A stretch of DNA of 64,000 nt from contig NC_068984.1 of the NCBI RefSeq assembly GCF_001194135.2, positions 18,324,939-18,388,938 on the forward strand, read 5' to 3'. The stretch comes from Octopus bimaculoides. Its lineage: Eukaryota. The position numbers were made by a program, and so were the translations under genes. How positions within the stretch are numbered: position 1 is the stretch's first letter; each line of letters begins with the position of its first letter. This document shows, in pieces, positions 26,809-40,825 of this stretch. Under the pieces are notes generated by a model. The model was given only the letters and a program-made list of their open reading frames with translations. It was not told where the DNA came from and made no database searches.

Positions 26809-29800
26809 GATGGGCTTCTTTTCAGTTTCCATCACTGTATTTCATTGTGGACATCATTTGGTAACTTTTTTTGCAGTGTGGTTTGATTAACGTAACATTA
26901 GCCTATTTCTGTTTGTGCTTTATATATTGGTTGTGTTTGGAAACCCTGCCAAAACAGACAGTGAAGCCTGGTGCAGTCTTCTGCCTAACTAACCCCCTGT
27001 CAAGTTGTCCAGTCCATGCCAGCATGGGAAACAGATATTAAATGATGATGATGATGATGATGCTTGTCCCTCTGTCATGCTTTAGCCTTCATCACCTGGG
27101 ATAAAATAACCTCTCCCTTTCTCAAATTCAGTCAAGAGGGATTTTTTTTCTTTTCCTTCTTTTACTTTGTCTTGCAAGTTACTCGGTAACCTTTCTTGTC
27201 AGGAAAAAAACGCTCCCAGTACACTCTGTAAAAGTGGTTAGTGTTTGGAAGGGCATCCAACCAAAGAGCCCATGATGAAGCTGACATTGGGGCCTGACAC
27301 AGCTCTGCAACTTGTCAGACTCTGACCAACCCATGCCAGCATGGAAAATGAATGTTGAAACATGTTGATGATGAATCTCATAGACCACCCAGCTAAAGTG
27401 TGGAACTTTTGAGTAATATTATATTTATTTATATGTATGGATGGTCATAATGAATGCTTTTGTTCTAATAGCAATGCATGTGACAAGTCTATTTGTGCAT
27501 AATTTACACACCTAAGTATACATAAATCTTTCTTCAATTTCTCATATGGGAACACAGTATATCATCCAATGCATTCTGTTTTTGGCATTTTCTTCAGTGT
27601 TTCCACTAGTCTTTTGGTAATTTTTCAGCATGTAAAATTCTCTCTCACCACCAATTTCATGCTCTTCAGCATTTTCAATGACACGCAGCTTAAAACCAGC
27701 TTTCTAATTTCTCTTTTTTTTTTTTCCTTTGTTGAAAGTTTCCATGATTAAGATTCTTGTCATTTTTCACAAAGACAAAAAATTTGTGACACTTCTTCCA
27801 ACAAGTCTGTGCATTAATAATTGAGAAGTTTAAACAGACATAAACATGTACATTGTCATAGAAAAGTTAGTTTTGTAGCAAAATTGAATTCTGATTATCT
27901 TTGAGGGTGATATTTCACCATCATCATATATTTGTTTGCAGCACCAATATTCATAAACATGGTAGAATGGCACAACCAACTACCTTACAAGCTCAATCAT
28001 TTGCCAGTGTGTGTGTGCTGCACATTTTGAGCCCATAACATGGTTTTATATATGGGGTTTTCACATCCTCTTTCTAAGAAAACAGTCTGCAACAAATCTA
28101 CAAATATATACAACAGTACAACAGATATGAAATCAGTGGCAATGACCCAACTATTAAAATGTTATCACAAAGTTATCAAAAAATTTATTTAGCAACAATT
28201 ACAAGATGTACTAAGACAATTGGCATGGTTCCTTTAATTTGTTCTTGTATGGATTGAGAAAGTAAACAAGTGCATGTGGTACCATAGGGCTAAAGTGCAG
28301 AAAATACCAATTGATCATGAAAAAAATTAGAATAGTCTTATATCACGTCTGTGAACTTTTGCCTTTATTTGGCAAGCTGTCGTGTCAGTATGCTTGGAGT
28401 CATGAGTGTTGCTGCTATGTAGGGTATCAAGTGCATTATGACTAGAATTTATAATTGATTTTAATTCTTTCATGAGTGGAGTAAACTTTTGGGATCAGAT
28501 GTCATCTCACTGTTGCAGAAATTTGAAATGGTACTTGGACTTTGATGTCAAAGTGGTGATGGGAGTTCCTACAGTTTATATTGTAAGATCAGTAATGCTA
28601 ATTTAGCCCCTTATGAATTCAGAAATAAAACTGGTTAAGAAAAGAACAGTGGAATAAATTTTATGCCAAGAATTAGAGATGTCCTGTGTTTCAGGCAAAA
28701 TTTTTCAGCAACTGGTGGTGAAGGAAATATAATTGGGATTTGTAAGAGAAAGGAGACAAAAGAAGCGTTAGTAGAGGGCAGAGATAGCAGAGAGAGGTAG
28801 AAAGAACACCAACATATTTTGAAAATAAAGGGAATAGAAGGAAGAAGTTAGGAATATATCATGTGAAAGTATGTTTCCAAGATGACTTCTATCAGAAAAG
28901 AGTCTGTTAACGTTAAACGATGATGATGATGATTAATGAAATTAGGATCATACTACTGATAAAGATTAGCCGAAACAAATATGTGAAGTTTGCTAATCCA
29001 CTGACTCGAGAAGGCAAACTGTTAGTGTAAACTCTACAAGCTTTCATTAAGTTCAGTATCATGCTTATAATATCAAAGTAATTATTAAAAATTTACCTTT
29101 GAAACCTTAAACTTTAAAGCTATTGTATATTACGGTTCAAAATTTAAAAAGGTATTTAAATTTCATAATTTACAATAGTTGAATTAATGCTAAAGTTATT
29201 TATCGTGAAAGTGGGAGAACCTCTGAACTTGTTAACATAAAGAAACGTGCTATTGGGGAGTCAAATGTTAATATTTGTTATGTAGAGGGTTCTGCCAAGG
29301 TCAACTCTGCTTTTCATCCTTTCAGGGTTAGTAAAACAGATACCAGCCAAGCACTGGGGTCAACATTATCAACTTCCCCTTCCTCTGAAATTACTGACAA
29401 AATTTGAAAGCAACATTTATTATGTACAAGTAAAAAAAAAAAAAAAAAGAACTACAACCATCACTTAAAAGTGTGACTCAGTGCCATGTACCATGCTTTC
29501 ACTAATTGTTTTAGGTGCCTGTGTTGTTGTGAGCAGACAGACACTTTCTTGATTCTCCCATCCTTGACTCAGAACATCAAGAATGTGACAGCTGAAAAGA
29601 GAAATTGTTTGCACTTGCAATTAGTTGGTATGCAAATAGCTGAGTAAACCAGGACAATCACCCAAGAACACAATGTGCCCCAGTCCAGGAGTCAAACACA
29701 AGCTTCTGACTGAGGGCCCAATACTCCCTAACTGCTAGGCCATATGTCTTCACTATTATTTAACTAAGCCAATTATTTGAAAGATGTATGTTGGTACACT

Positions 29801-29847
29801 ATGAATTTAACAAGTGACCAGATTAACTGTACATGTGAATCTCCCAC

Positions 29848-29855
29848 TCTCTCTT

Positions 29856-29904
<49 letters not shown>

Positions 29905-29911
29905 TTCTCTT

Positions 29912-29992
<81 letters not shown>
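29848..29992. repeat. Compound (CT)n/(CTTT) microsatellite
   Basis: Direct reading. It explains the ERER and LSLS ORFs. Confidence 0.95.
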
Positions 29993-29993
<1 letters not shown>

Positions 29994-31268
29994 AGTAAGA
30001 CAGACTTTTTTAAAGAGATTAATGACAATTTTGCACATAATCCAAATAACATAAAAGTATAAAAAAAAGTTTGGGCTCAATAAGAAATTAATTCTCTTAG
30101 TTTCCCACATATTAAACAAAATTTCTCTCAAGTTTATAAAATCAGAATATACTTCAAAAATTATACTGTTTCAAACCATTTTAAATATTATAGATGGTAG
30201 AGTTTTTGTTTTTATTTGGAGTGTTATTTATGTTCTGAAATCTGAGTAAATTTAATATGAGAAAAAAATTGGAACACTTTTGTGTTATGTTTGAAAAGAT
30301 ATGAGGGATTCTCACTTAACCTTAATATTTCTTACAATTTTAGTATCAAGGAATCAGTTCCTTGAAACTGGTTGACATTTTAGTAGGTTTTCATGTACTT
30401 GAGAAATTTGTCTAATTTTGAAGTTTCTGTGATGGTAGGAAAATTGGTGAATTTTTTTTTCAACCAAGACTTTCTTTGTTTTCCCTTCCTTTTTACTCAA
30501 TTTATGTTCTCAGTGTGGTGCCATTAGGATTTCAAAGGCTTTATTGCTTTGATGCATAAATTATAAGATAACAGAAATCATTATTAGTGCATGTGCCAAG
30601 ATTTTTCCATTGAAAAATGTACAGTGAAGCTTTCATGGAACTATCTTGCAGGGCATCCTTCCAGTGTTTCTCTTTTTCTCAAATATGAGTACCACTTTGT
30701 ACCTGAGAATAAGTGCTGTTGGGAAAAAAGCATGTGTAATATCCAGCTGAGTGAAACTGATTTCCCATTTGTTTGTTGTGTTATATCCACCACAGACAGA
30801 CATTTGCTACTCACAGAAAAAAAATTAAAGATGAACGAACAGTTGTTGTCAGATTCTAAATATGCATTCTCTGCTTAGTGCCAAATGTTTCTATGCTTGG
30901 GATTGTCGAAAGTGAGAGGTAAAACAAAGAAGAAATCTCCTACTGAACGTCATAGATCTTTTGTTTTGACACCTGCCATATTATCTTTATAGTTTCCTAC
31001 AAAGAATTAAGGTATATCAACTCTATCTACATTTTTCAAAACAAAATTGCTTATAGAAATAAATATGGCATATTATTGAAGCTAAAGTTCAAATCAGAAA
31101 TAATTTTTCCCTTCTATAAAATGTATCTTAAATTTATATTTATATCTTTTTCATTAATGAGAATAGATAAGTTTATTTCATTAGTGGCTACATTTTTGTT
31201 TTATATTTCTCATTCCATGGTCTTATTTCTATATCTTTTTTTAAATTTATTTTATTTTATTTAAAAGA

Positions 31269-31303
<35 letters not shown>

Positions 31304-32700
31304 CATTCATGTTTCCAACCCAAAGAACTTCTTTGAAATATATTTTAAATGTCACCATTAAGGATTGATTCAGCTAAACTATCTTCAACAGCTTTTTAGC
31401 TGTCTGTCTTTCTTTTTTTCTTTCTTTCTCTCTTTCTTAATTTCAACACTGACTTGTAGCTAGCTTTGGCAAAAATTATTCCTCTCTTAACACAACCAAA
31501 CTACTGCAGCATTAGATGTCTGAGTAACTTTTTGAAGCCAATGCAAGAAAAACTTTTTTTCTCTCTGTTGATTTTTATTCTGCACTTGCCTGTTTCAAAT
31601 TACAGAATTGAGAGACCAGATCAATAATTTTGTCGGTTTGGGTTCCAATGAAATAGAACAAATTTTCTTGGTGTTTTTTTTTATTTTTTTTTTTTTTACT
31701 ATCATTATTATTTTGTTTCATTTTCTTCACATTCTATTAGTTCGCTTTAATGATTTTTAGCTAAAACTTCAATCTGAACATTAATAAATTGAAAATGGTA
31801 TATACAATTTATGACAACATACAATGAATTCAAAGTCTTCATTGTTAAAATCTTAAAGAGAAAAAACAAGGAAGTTTGTGAATATTTGTTAGTATGTTGT
31901 ATAACATAGCTTTTAAAGTATCTTGTTGAATATAAGGGGTGGGAACTAAGAGAAGGTACCAGTGAATTAATTAAACATAACAAACATTGGTAATTCATTA
32001 TGATTATTATGATGATTATTATTATTATTATTATTACTATTGTTGTTATTATTACTACTATTATCATATGGGAGATGGTAGATAGACATTTATTGCAAAT
32101 GTATTCATATTTACCTATTTTTCTCCTAACTGAATCAGAATTTATTACCATTATTTGTTGTTGTTGTAAGCGTTTGAATAATTTCCATTGATTCTTTCAT
32201 GTTCTATGACCCGAAAGTCATTGAAATAAAATTTGATGGCGTTTTGAATAGCAAACTCAGTTTACATCCTGCCTAAGAGTTCATTGAAATACTATCTGAT
32301 ATCATTTTCATTAATGTAATGATTAATCCCAGATTGTTTTAATTACATCACTTGATGTTCTGCAATTATGGGTTTTTCCCCCATTCATATTTCTGTGAAG
32401 TTTCATGTGCAATTTACTCCAGTGGCTTTATTGTTGGGCTTCCTTGTGTCTATAAAGTATTTGTGTTCACTACAGAGACCATTTTATGCAATTTGTTGTA
32501 GCTTTCATATCACGTGCTTCTGCTTTCTTTCAAGGCCCTTTCCTCTTCTTTAATGATGGATTTTAAAGATGGCCTTGTTGTGAATAGGGAAGGATTACTG
32601 TGGCAGTATTGGAATTAAGAATGGTTAAAACAGGCACATTTTAAAGTGACTAGTCTTTTATTAAAAACATCATCTTTTTCAAAATATTTCACACTTTTAT

Positions 32701-32744
<44 letters not shown>

Positions 32745-32762
32745 NNNNNNNNNNTATACACA

Positions 32763-32802
<40 letters not shown>

Positions 32803-33820
32803 ATATAAACAGAATTACTTTAAAGTAATGTATTGACAGTGAAAAATTGACTATATTTTTCTTGCTTACAATATCTCATGTCAGGAATGAATTTCCTTAA
32901 AAGTCTCCAATATAATACAAATTTCTTTTTAATTGCAGAACAGAAAATAAAATACTGCCATGCAAAAAATAAATTTTAAAAAAAGAAATTTTAATAGCCC
33001 ACAAAAAACAAAACAAAAAAAACGCACATCGTATTTCAGTGCGGTCTTCATTCTCTTTTATTGAAAGATTTGTCATTTTCTTATTTGTTGATCATGCGGA
33101 GTTGAATATATATCTAGAAATATTGAGACAAGTTTAGTTTGTCAAAGAAAAGCTGCTTATACCAAGATATGGCATTTTCCATTAAGTGATTTCCATTTAA
33201 TGGGCCATCATAGAACATACTTTCTTGGCAATTGTCATTGACAAATGCTAAATCACTCTGCAAGTTTCTTCATAGTTAGCAGTTTACCCATTTATAGTAA
33301 AGTGCTGGCATTTTCATTCGATAAATAATAATAATAATAATAATAAGTACAACAATAATATATTAGTGCTGTTCATGTTACTGTTCTTATTATACTCCCC
33401 CCTCTATTATTATGCTCTGAGATGTTTTACTTTACAATTCTATCTACATTGTTACTCCGCATAAAATGAGTCTTGTTATGCCATCATGGGAATTGAGACG
33501 TAAAGTTATTTGGTGATGGTGGTTATGTTAGCAATAAAAATTTTTGCTAAATATTCTCCTTTCTTTCTGCACCCCTTTTAATAGAACACTTTGTTATTGA
33601 TTCTATGATTCTGTGTTTAGTTTAGTATTACCTTTGGACCTCGTGGGATATTTCAATATTTTATCTTAAAATATAAGAATATCGGAGTAGGTACAGCCAT
33701 AGGATTAAGAAGTTTACAATGCAACCATGTGGTTCTGCATGGCACCGTGTGCAAACTGTCTTTTACTGTAGGTATTTGGTTGACCAATATCTTGTGAGTG
33801 AAATTTGTTTGACAGAAACT

Positions 33821-34037
33821 GTGCTGAAAAGTTCCTTGCTTTGGGTAAAAGAAAATACAGGATGATCAGTTAATTGTTAATTATGATTTTATTCAACATA
33901 TTTCCCTCTCAGATTTACACATTTATTGCAGTGGACCTTCAGTTTTTCTCAGCCCTGTAAAAGAACTTGGAAGGTTGGGGCTCCACCCAGGCTTTTCACG
34001 ATACCCTTAAAGCTAGGAACTTTTCAGCACTCCCTCG
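33821..34037. mobile_element. Mariner-type MITE with truncated left end
   Basis: GTGCTGAAAAGTTCCTTGCTTT at 33821-33842 is inverted with AAAGCTAGGAACTTTTCAGCAC at 34009-34030 (21/22). The right end continues TCCCTCG-TG. Confidence 0.75.
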
Positions 34038-34062
34038 TGTGTATATATGTATGTATATTCAA

Positions 34063-34139
<77 letters not shown>

Positions 34140-34499
34140 AAAATAAAGGTAATATTTATCCCCACTTAAAAGTGGATGTTGGGTTAGAACACTGATAATT
34201 ATCATGAGAGAAACTATCCTATGGACTTTTGGTGCATACAAGCCCTCTTGTTTATATCGCTAGTAGCAGATAGGTCAACCACCATCACCCTTGAGACTAC
34301 CAGATCACGTGATTTCAACTTTCCTTGGCCTTGGCAATGGTAGACTGCTGGAAATAGCAGCAATGCCTCCCCTAGCGACATACATAAAATCTCAGTACCT
34401 AATCAGGCATTGGTGTTGCAAATAGACAATGAGCTTATTAAAAAATAATTAGAAGTGACTGAAGCAGTATTAATAAGCCGTGTTACCTATACATATAAG

Positions 34500-34862
34500 C
34501 ACAGGTGTAGCTGTGTTAAGAAACTTGCTTCCCAAACACATGGTTCTGGGTTCAGTTTCACTGTGTGGAACCTTGGGCAAGTGTCTTCTACCATAGCCTC
34601 GGGCCACCTAAAACCTTGTGAGTGGATTTGGTAGACGGAAACTGAAAGAAGCCCATTGCAAATATTTATATGTGTGTTTGTGTGTGTGTGTGTTCGTCTG
34701 TGTCCTGCCATCACTTGTTTACGTCCCCAAAACTTAGTGGTTCAAAAGAGACCGATAGAATAAGTACTAGGCTTAGAAAGAATAAGTCCTGGGTTTGATT
34801 TCTACAACTTGAAGGCAGTGCTCCAGCATGGCCGCAGTCAAATGACTGAAACAAGTATAAGA
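34500..34862 (+). mobile_element. SINE family A, full-length copy
   Basis: Same head, core and tail. Confidence 0.88.
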
Positions 34863-35859
34863 ATATACACACACATACATACACACGCATTCACTTCAAT
34901 AAACATAATATACACTTGCAGGTCTAAAGACAAACCTGTGTTGTTATTAAGTAGGATAAATAAATTTGTACATAACAATATTGTAAATGATAAATGTAGA
35001 AAATAACGAAATGCATGTATAGTGATTAAGTAAAATAAATTAATTTATACATAACTATATTCTGAATAACAAACATAATATAAATTACTTTGGTGTATTT
35101 ATATGTAAATAGCCAGTATTACCTTTAGATCTTTTTACTAGTCTTGCGTTTGTTTTACAGATTTGTGATGTGTTTTTCCAGTCCTCATGTTTGTTTGAAT
35201 ATTGTTCTTCTTCTTTTATCATTTCAAGTTGGTTAAGATTGTTTTGTTTTCTTTACCGCCAAACACTCACTCATACATCTTCTTTGATGGGAGATTCCAT
35301 CGTGTATGTGTGTGTGTGTGAATATATTACTTATGTACCTTTAGATGGCATGATAAGTAACCATTTATTTAGAACTCAACATATTTCATTACACACCAAC
35401 GCATACACTTTCAAGAAAGTATTCTTACTTTTACACACACACACATATATTTATAAGATATAGTTGTATAGGCTGTAATGAACATACAATGAAAATACAA
35501 GGAAAACGGCTGCTTTGATTTAATTATTTCATTCTTTCCATACTAATACCTTAGTAGTAGCAGCTATACAATTAGTTATGTAAGAGCCATCGAAGATATC
35601 ACATCTTCAGAAGACAAATGATCAAACGAAACTTAATCTTATATAACTAAATACTTTATTGCTATCACTAACGCTTTACAGAAACATGCATAAAGAATGA
35701 AATAATTAAAGTAGTTGTTTTTCTTATTTAATCAGCGTATGTCTGTGTGTTTTATGTTTACTAGTATAAATTGGTGTTGAGTTACTTCCCTTTATGTAAC
35801 AGTTTCTGTACCTTAGTCTTTCAATTGACTGATAAAATGGCTTAAAGTAAGTGAAAGCA

Positions 35860-36185
35860 CATGGGTCAGTGGTTAGAGCATCAGGCTCACAGTCATGAAG
35901 TAGTGAGTTTGATTCCCAGACGAAGCTGTGTGTTGTGTTCTTGAGCAAGACACTTTATTTCATTTTGCTCCAGTTCACTCAGCTGTAGAAATGAGTTGCA
36001 ATGTCATTGGTGGCGAGCTATATCATCCTTTGACTTTCCCTTGGATAACATCAGTGGTGTGGAGAGAGGAAGCTGGTATTTATGGGCGACTGTTGGTCTT
36101 CCACAAACAAACTTGTCCGGACTTGTGCCTCGAAGGGTAACTTTCTAATTGCAATCCCATGGCCATTCATGACCTAAGGGGTCTT
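35860..36185 (+). mobile_element. SINE family C copy (related heads near 37750-37870, 52005-52140 and, on minus, 29590-29745)
   Basis: TGGGTCAGTGGTTAGAGC A box, GAGTTTGATTCCC B box and GTTCTTGAGCAAGACACTT core. Confidence 0.75.
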
Positions 36186-36222
36186 TTTTAAGTACTATGG
36201 TCAATATAACTGATTAAAACCC

Positions 36223-36449
36223 TTAACTTTTTAGCATACAGATGACCCTGTCAACTGTAAGCCTTATTTATTCACAGTGTTTCAAATTAATCATGCATTA
36301 TCTAACAGCTTTGAGATTTTGAGGTTGTGATTGTTTATTTTCAAAATGACATTGTTGGGTATGTGTAAGAGGCCAGCTTTGGCCAGTATGAACATAAAAC
36401 AGGTAGAATATTTGGGCTGGATATGGCCAGTTAAACACTAAAAGGTTAA
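36223..36449. mobile_element. Uninterrupted copy of the TTAA-flanked MITE, opposite orientation
   Basis: TTAA-CTTTTTAGCAT...ACTAAAAGG-TTAA ends. Its reverse complement shares AATGTCATT(T/C)T(G/A)AAAATAAA and GATAATGCATGATTAATT blocks with 53849-55348. Confidence 0.75.
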
Positions 36450-36806
36450 TGCCCAGCATGGTCACATTCATAGAAACCAATAAAATACAACTGCAGTAGT
36501 TTTAAATTGAAGCCTGCTGTTGTTAGGAGCTCCTCTTCCTCCTCCTCCTTTCCGATGCCTCTTAATGTATGACCTTTTCACGTTTATGAACCAGTATTTT
36601 CAACAAGTGTTACTTTTCTATCAGCAAGAAGCACTGTATGACATGAGCAAACAGTTTCGAACAAATAAACCATTAGAACATTTCAATGATTTTGGTTTGT
36701 AACATTAAAGAATAATTTAATTTCATATTCGTTAGCTGTGTTCTCACCTTGGTATAATAAAGAAAATTACTATGTTTTAGTCTTTTGAAACCTGGGGGCA
36801 GCTTTC

Positions 36807-36840
<34 letters not shown>

Positions 36841-36966
36841 AAAACACATTGCATGTCTGTCTGCCTGAAAAACTGTTCATTTATATCCAGGTTATAACTT
36901 TGCCTCTAACCTTCTTTTGTTGTGTTTCTCTTGAGAGTTAGTTAATAGCAATTTTTGAAACTAAAT

Positions 36967-37013
<47 letters not shown>

Positions 37014-37437
37014 AAATGGAATAAAATAAACGTTCAAGTTTGAACAATTATTTCTAACAGTGTACAACTGAGGTGGTTGAATGTATCTACTTTATCTTTG
37101 TCTCTTAGGGAATAGAATTATTAATTTATATATATTTTTTTTTATATATATATATCAACTATGTGTAAATATGATGGAGACGTTTTAGTAGTTGAAGTCC
37201 TTAGAAAATAAATACCCTGCAGTTATCCTTAAAATTGTGGTTTAGTGGATAAATACAAAAACCTGTTGTCTTAATTTGGTTTTATTGATAATGTCAGTGA
37301 GAGAAAATGTCATAACATTCAATTTAAGTACAGTTTACAAATGTTTCTCACCTTCATTGTAGTGTCTTACTGCTTCTAACCATTTATTCAATTTTACTTC
37401 CTGAAATGTGCCAGTGTGACACCGAGGCTTTCCTTTA

Positions 37438-37474
<37 letters not shown>

Positions 37475-38084
37475 AATGGTTTCTGAAAAGTGCAAGAAAG
37501 AGTGTGTGTGTGTGTATTTTGCTTAATTTCTATCACTTAAAATATTTAAAAGTTGTTTCAACACCAAGTCAGCCCTGATCGAGTGTTCCACCCATGGCCA
37601 TCCAATCTATTTGTGCCTCTAAAACCAGATTGTTTCAATGTGTCCTTCATTTTTTTTTTTTAAGACAGAGTGTGAGTTGAGATTTAGTTGTTATGTCTAG
37701 CAGATGGAGCAACCTTTCCTGTAAATTCACAGTGTACATCTCATAAAGACATGTAGCCTAGTGATTAGGATGTTGGGCTCATGTTCATAAGCTTGTAGGT
37801 TTAATTCTTTGACCAGGCAATGCATTGTATCCTTCAGCCAGTCTATTTAGCCGATAATGAGTATCAGCTGAGTGCTAGTACAGCCCTCTTTAACTCTAGC
37901 TCTCAGTGTTCTACTAGATGAAAGGTGGGAGATCCAGAAGAGGCTCTTTGACATAAGATATTAAAATGTCTTTATTGCCTTAGCTGTATTTTTACTCCTT
38001 GGTCAAGCTGCCAAAGTACCCTTTATTCTTTATCCTTGTTTCAGTTGTTGGACTGCAGCCATGCTGGAGCACTGCCTTAATTTT

Positions 38085-38500
38085 ATTTTCTTTCAGTTTT
38101 GTTGTCGCTTTATTACTGAAAGTTGGTCTATGATTGAGTCTATGGCAGCTGATCTTCCTTGAGTGTATCCTTGAATGGTTGGCTGGTCTGATATCATCAT
38201 TAGGAGTTTACCCAATGTTTTTTATCTTTTTTTTTTTTTTTTTGATGTTTCAGTAAGGGTCTCATTTATATTTCTGATTTCTTTAGGTATGCAGTTGAAC
38301 ATTTGAGAACCTCTAAATATCAAACTGCTACAATATAGTATTTTTGCTTGTGATTTTGAAGGTGGTAACTGCATTCAAGACTGCCACCCCCTATGAGGGC
38401 CTGTATAGCCACAGCAGATGCTGCACCATCATCAGCAGCTGACACAAAATTCTCCACATTCAGATCCATGGTCTTTCAAGCCCAACAGATAACTATCATA
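38085..38500 (-). mobile_element. CR1/L2-group LINE ORF2 C-terminal remnant
   Basis: Manual translation gives KILYCSSLIFRGSQMFNCIPKEIRNI...LLMMISDQPTIQGYTQGRSAAIDSIIDQL, resembling the RGPxLFNxLP..IR...IPDxP tail of this group. Confidence 0.6.
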
Positions 38501-39790
38501 TCAAAGATGTTATTTCTGGAAGCTGACAGAATCTCTCAGTTCATGCATTAAAATTCTCTCTGTACACTATTGAATTATAAACTTCATTCTTCCTGTATAT
38601 TAAATAAGAATATATTTCTGATGCTTTGGAGTTGTTTGGTCCTCTTTTGCCATGTATAACTTCAGGCCTTTTAGCCTTCTTGTTGGTTTGTTATCTAAAT
38701 GTGCTATAGTATGTTGCATCAATCCCTTTGATATTAAGCTGCCTAGGACCACCTTTCATTTTATGATACAATCTCCATTTTATAAAATGATCTAAATCAA
38801 ACCTTTCAATCAAAATTTCTTGTTAATAGATGTTTTAAAGGCGGTGAGCTGGCAGAATCATTAGCACCCCGGGCAAAATGCTTAGTGGCATTTCCACCAT
38901 CTCTAAGTTCTGAGTTCAAATTCTTCCATGGTTAACTTTGCCTTTTATCCTTTCATGTTCAAGTGCCAGTTGAACACTAGGGTTGATATAATCAAATTAC
39001 ATCCTCTCTTGAAATTACTGGCCTTGTGCCAACATCTGAAACCAATATATGTTCCAAACACTAAGTTAAGGAAAAAGTTATTTTACTAAATTCTTAATCA
39101 TTTTCAAAATTACTTGAAATTTAGGCATTATATTTCAAGAGAATTACTGTAACAAAAGAATTAAATATATTATGATGTTGAGACCTTAGGCATCATTGTT
39201 AATTATTTTGTTTTATAACTCCATTTCATTTAATTGCTAGTGTCGATAAGAGAGACATGGCATTTAAAAGTCTGTGAATTTAGAATCATTAACACATTGG
39301 ACAAAATATTTTGTAGCATTTCTTCTTATTTTTATACATCCTGACTTTAGATTTTGCCTACCATCCTTTTGGGGCTAGCAAAACCAGCTACTGGTCAAGT
39401 ATTGGGGTCAATAAAATTATCCAACTCCCTCCCCAGAATTTTTTTGTTTTTTGTTTACTTTTGTTTTAATTTTTAGATTTTAGTTAACCATTTTAGAGTA
39501 TCTCATTGTCTCCTAGAGATTAAATCCTACAATCAGAGCATCCCTTCATAGAAGTTGTGAGTGGCATCCAGTCCTGAATTATATTGTGATTGTCTCAAGA
39601 ACTAGAATGAAAATTAGAATTTAGGATAGATTATATTGAATTACATCTAGAGTTCAAATTCTATTAAAATCAACTTTTTCTTTCAGCTAACTTATGTCAA
39701 TAAAATTACAAGTTCAGGGATTGATTAAACCAACTTCATTCCTCTCTCGAATTCACATTATGTGCCAAATTTGTTATTATTAATAAAAGT

Positions 39791-40088
39791 TCATCATCAT
39801 CATCATTTAACATCCACCTTCCATGGCAGCATGAGTTGGACGATTTGACTGAGGACTGGCGAACCAGATGGCTGCACCAGGCTCCAATCTGATCTGGCAA
39901 AGTTTCTACAGCTGGATGCCCTTCCTAACGCCAACCACTCCTAGAGTGTAGTGAGTGCTTTTACATGCCACCAGTACAAGGGCCAGTCAGGCAGTACTGG
40001 CAATGGCCACGCTCAAAATGGTGTTTTTTATGTGCCACCTACACAGGAGCCAGTCCAGCGGCACTGGCAACAACGGTGCTCGAATGAT
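39791..40088 (-). mobile_element. RTE-type LINE 3' end or RTE-tailed non-autonomous element
   Basis: (CAT)n followed by TTTAACATCCACCTTCCATG...GGATGCCCTTCCTAACGCCAACCAC. Homologous copies lie at 13407-13688, 57190-57295, 26570-27375, 61090-61560, 9260-9440 and 43700-43880. The RTE assignment is from recall of this tail type. Confidence 0.7.
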
Positions 40089-40089
40089 T

Positions 40090-40640
40090 GAATAAAATAC
40101 CAGTTAAATACTGGGTTGATATAATTGATGACTTTCTTCTAAAATTGCTGTCTTTGTGTCAAAAGTATTATTAAAAGGGCTGCAAGCTGACAGAATTGTT
40201 AGCATGCTAGGCAGAATGCTTAGCGGCATTTTGTCCGTCTTCATGTTCTGAGTTCAAATTCTGCTAAGGTTGACTTTGCCTTTCATCCTTTCAGGGTCAA
40301 TAAAATAAGTACCAGTTGAGTACTGTGGTCAATGCAATCTACTTAACCCCTCCTCCAAAATTGCTGGCCCTGTGCTGAACTTTGAAATTATTATTATTAT
40401 TGCTGCTGCTACTACTACTACTACTACTATGGCAGTGAGCTGGTAGAATCATTAGGAGACTGGACAAAATTCTTGCTGGCATTTTGTTCATCCTTATGTT
40501 CTGAGTTCAAATTCTGCTGGGGTTATCTTTGCCTTTCATCCTTTTGGGGTCAATGAAATAAGTACCAGTTAAATACTGGGGTCAATGTAATCAACTTGCC
40601 TCTTTTCCTAAATTTCAGGCCTTTTGCCTTTAGTGGAAAG
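40090..40640 (+). mobile_element. Tandem array of SINE family B (one partial and two full copies)
   Basis: GAGCTGG(C/T)AGAAT heads at ~40176 and ~40431, separated by (ATT)/(GCT)/(ACT) triplets. Confidence 0.8.
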
Positions 40641-40712
40641 GATTATCATTATTATTGTTGTTATTGTTAAATAGTGTCATAATTACTAACAATTTATTTT
40701 GTTTCGTTTCAG

Positions 40713-40825
40713 GTGAAGGGTGAAAAGGTCAGTAAGCTAAGTTTAGTCGATTTAGCTGGAAGTGAACGAGCTCAAAAAACCGGTGCTGTTGGTGAACGCT
40801 TAAAAGAAGGTAGCAACATCAACAA
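40713..40825 (+). CDS. KIF13: Kinesin-3 (KIF13A/B-like) motor-domain exon, switch II region: [37 protein letters not shown](K)
   Basis: Manual translation gives the kinesin LVDLAGSE motif. TACTAAC branch point at 40684-40690, pyrimidine tract, AG at 40711-40712 and GTAAGT donor at 40826. Length 113 nt, phase 0 to 2. Not in the ORF track. Confidence 0.95.

Noticed and set aside
28945-28985. CTGATAA...GCCGAAAC hammerhead-like string
   Set aside because: Stem II does not pair and there is no NUH site or stem I.
29777-30131. ERER / LSLS ORFs
   Set aside because: Translation of the (CT)n microsatellite.
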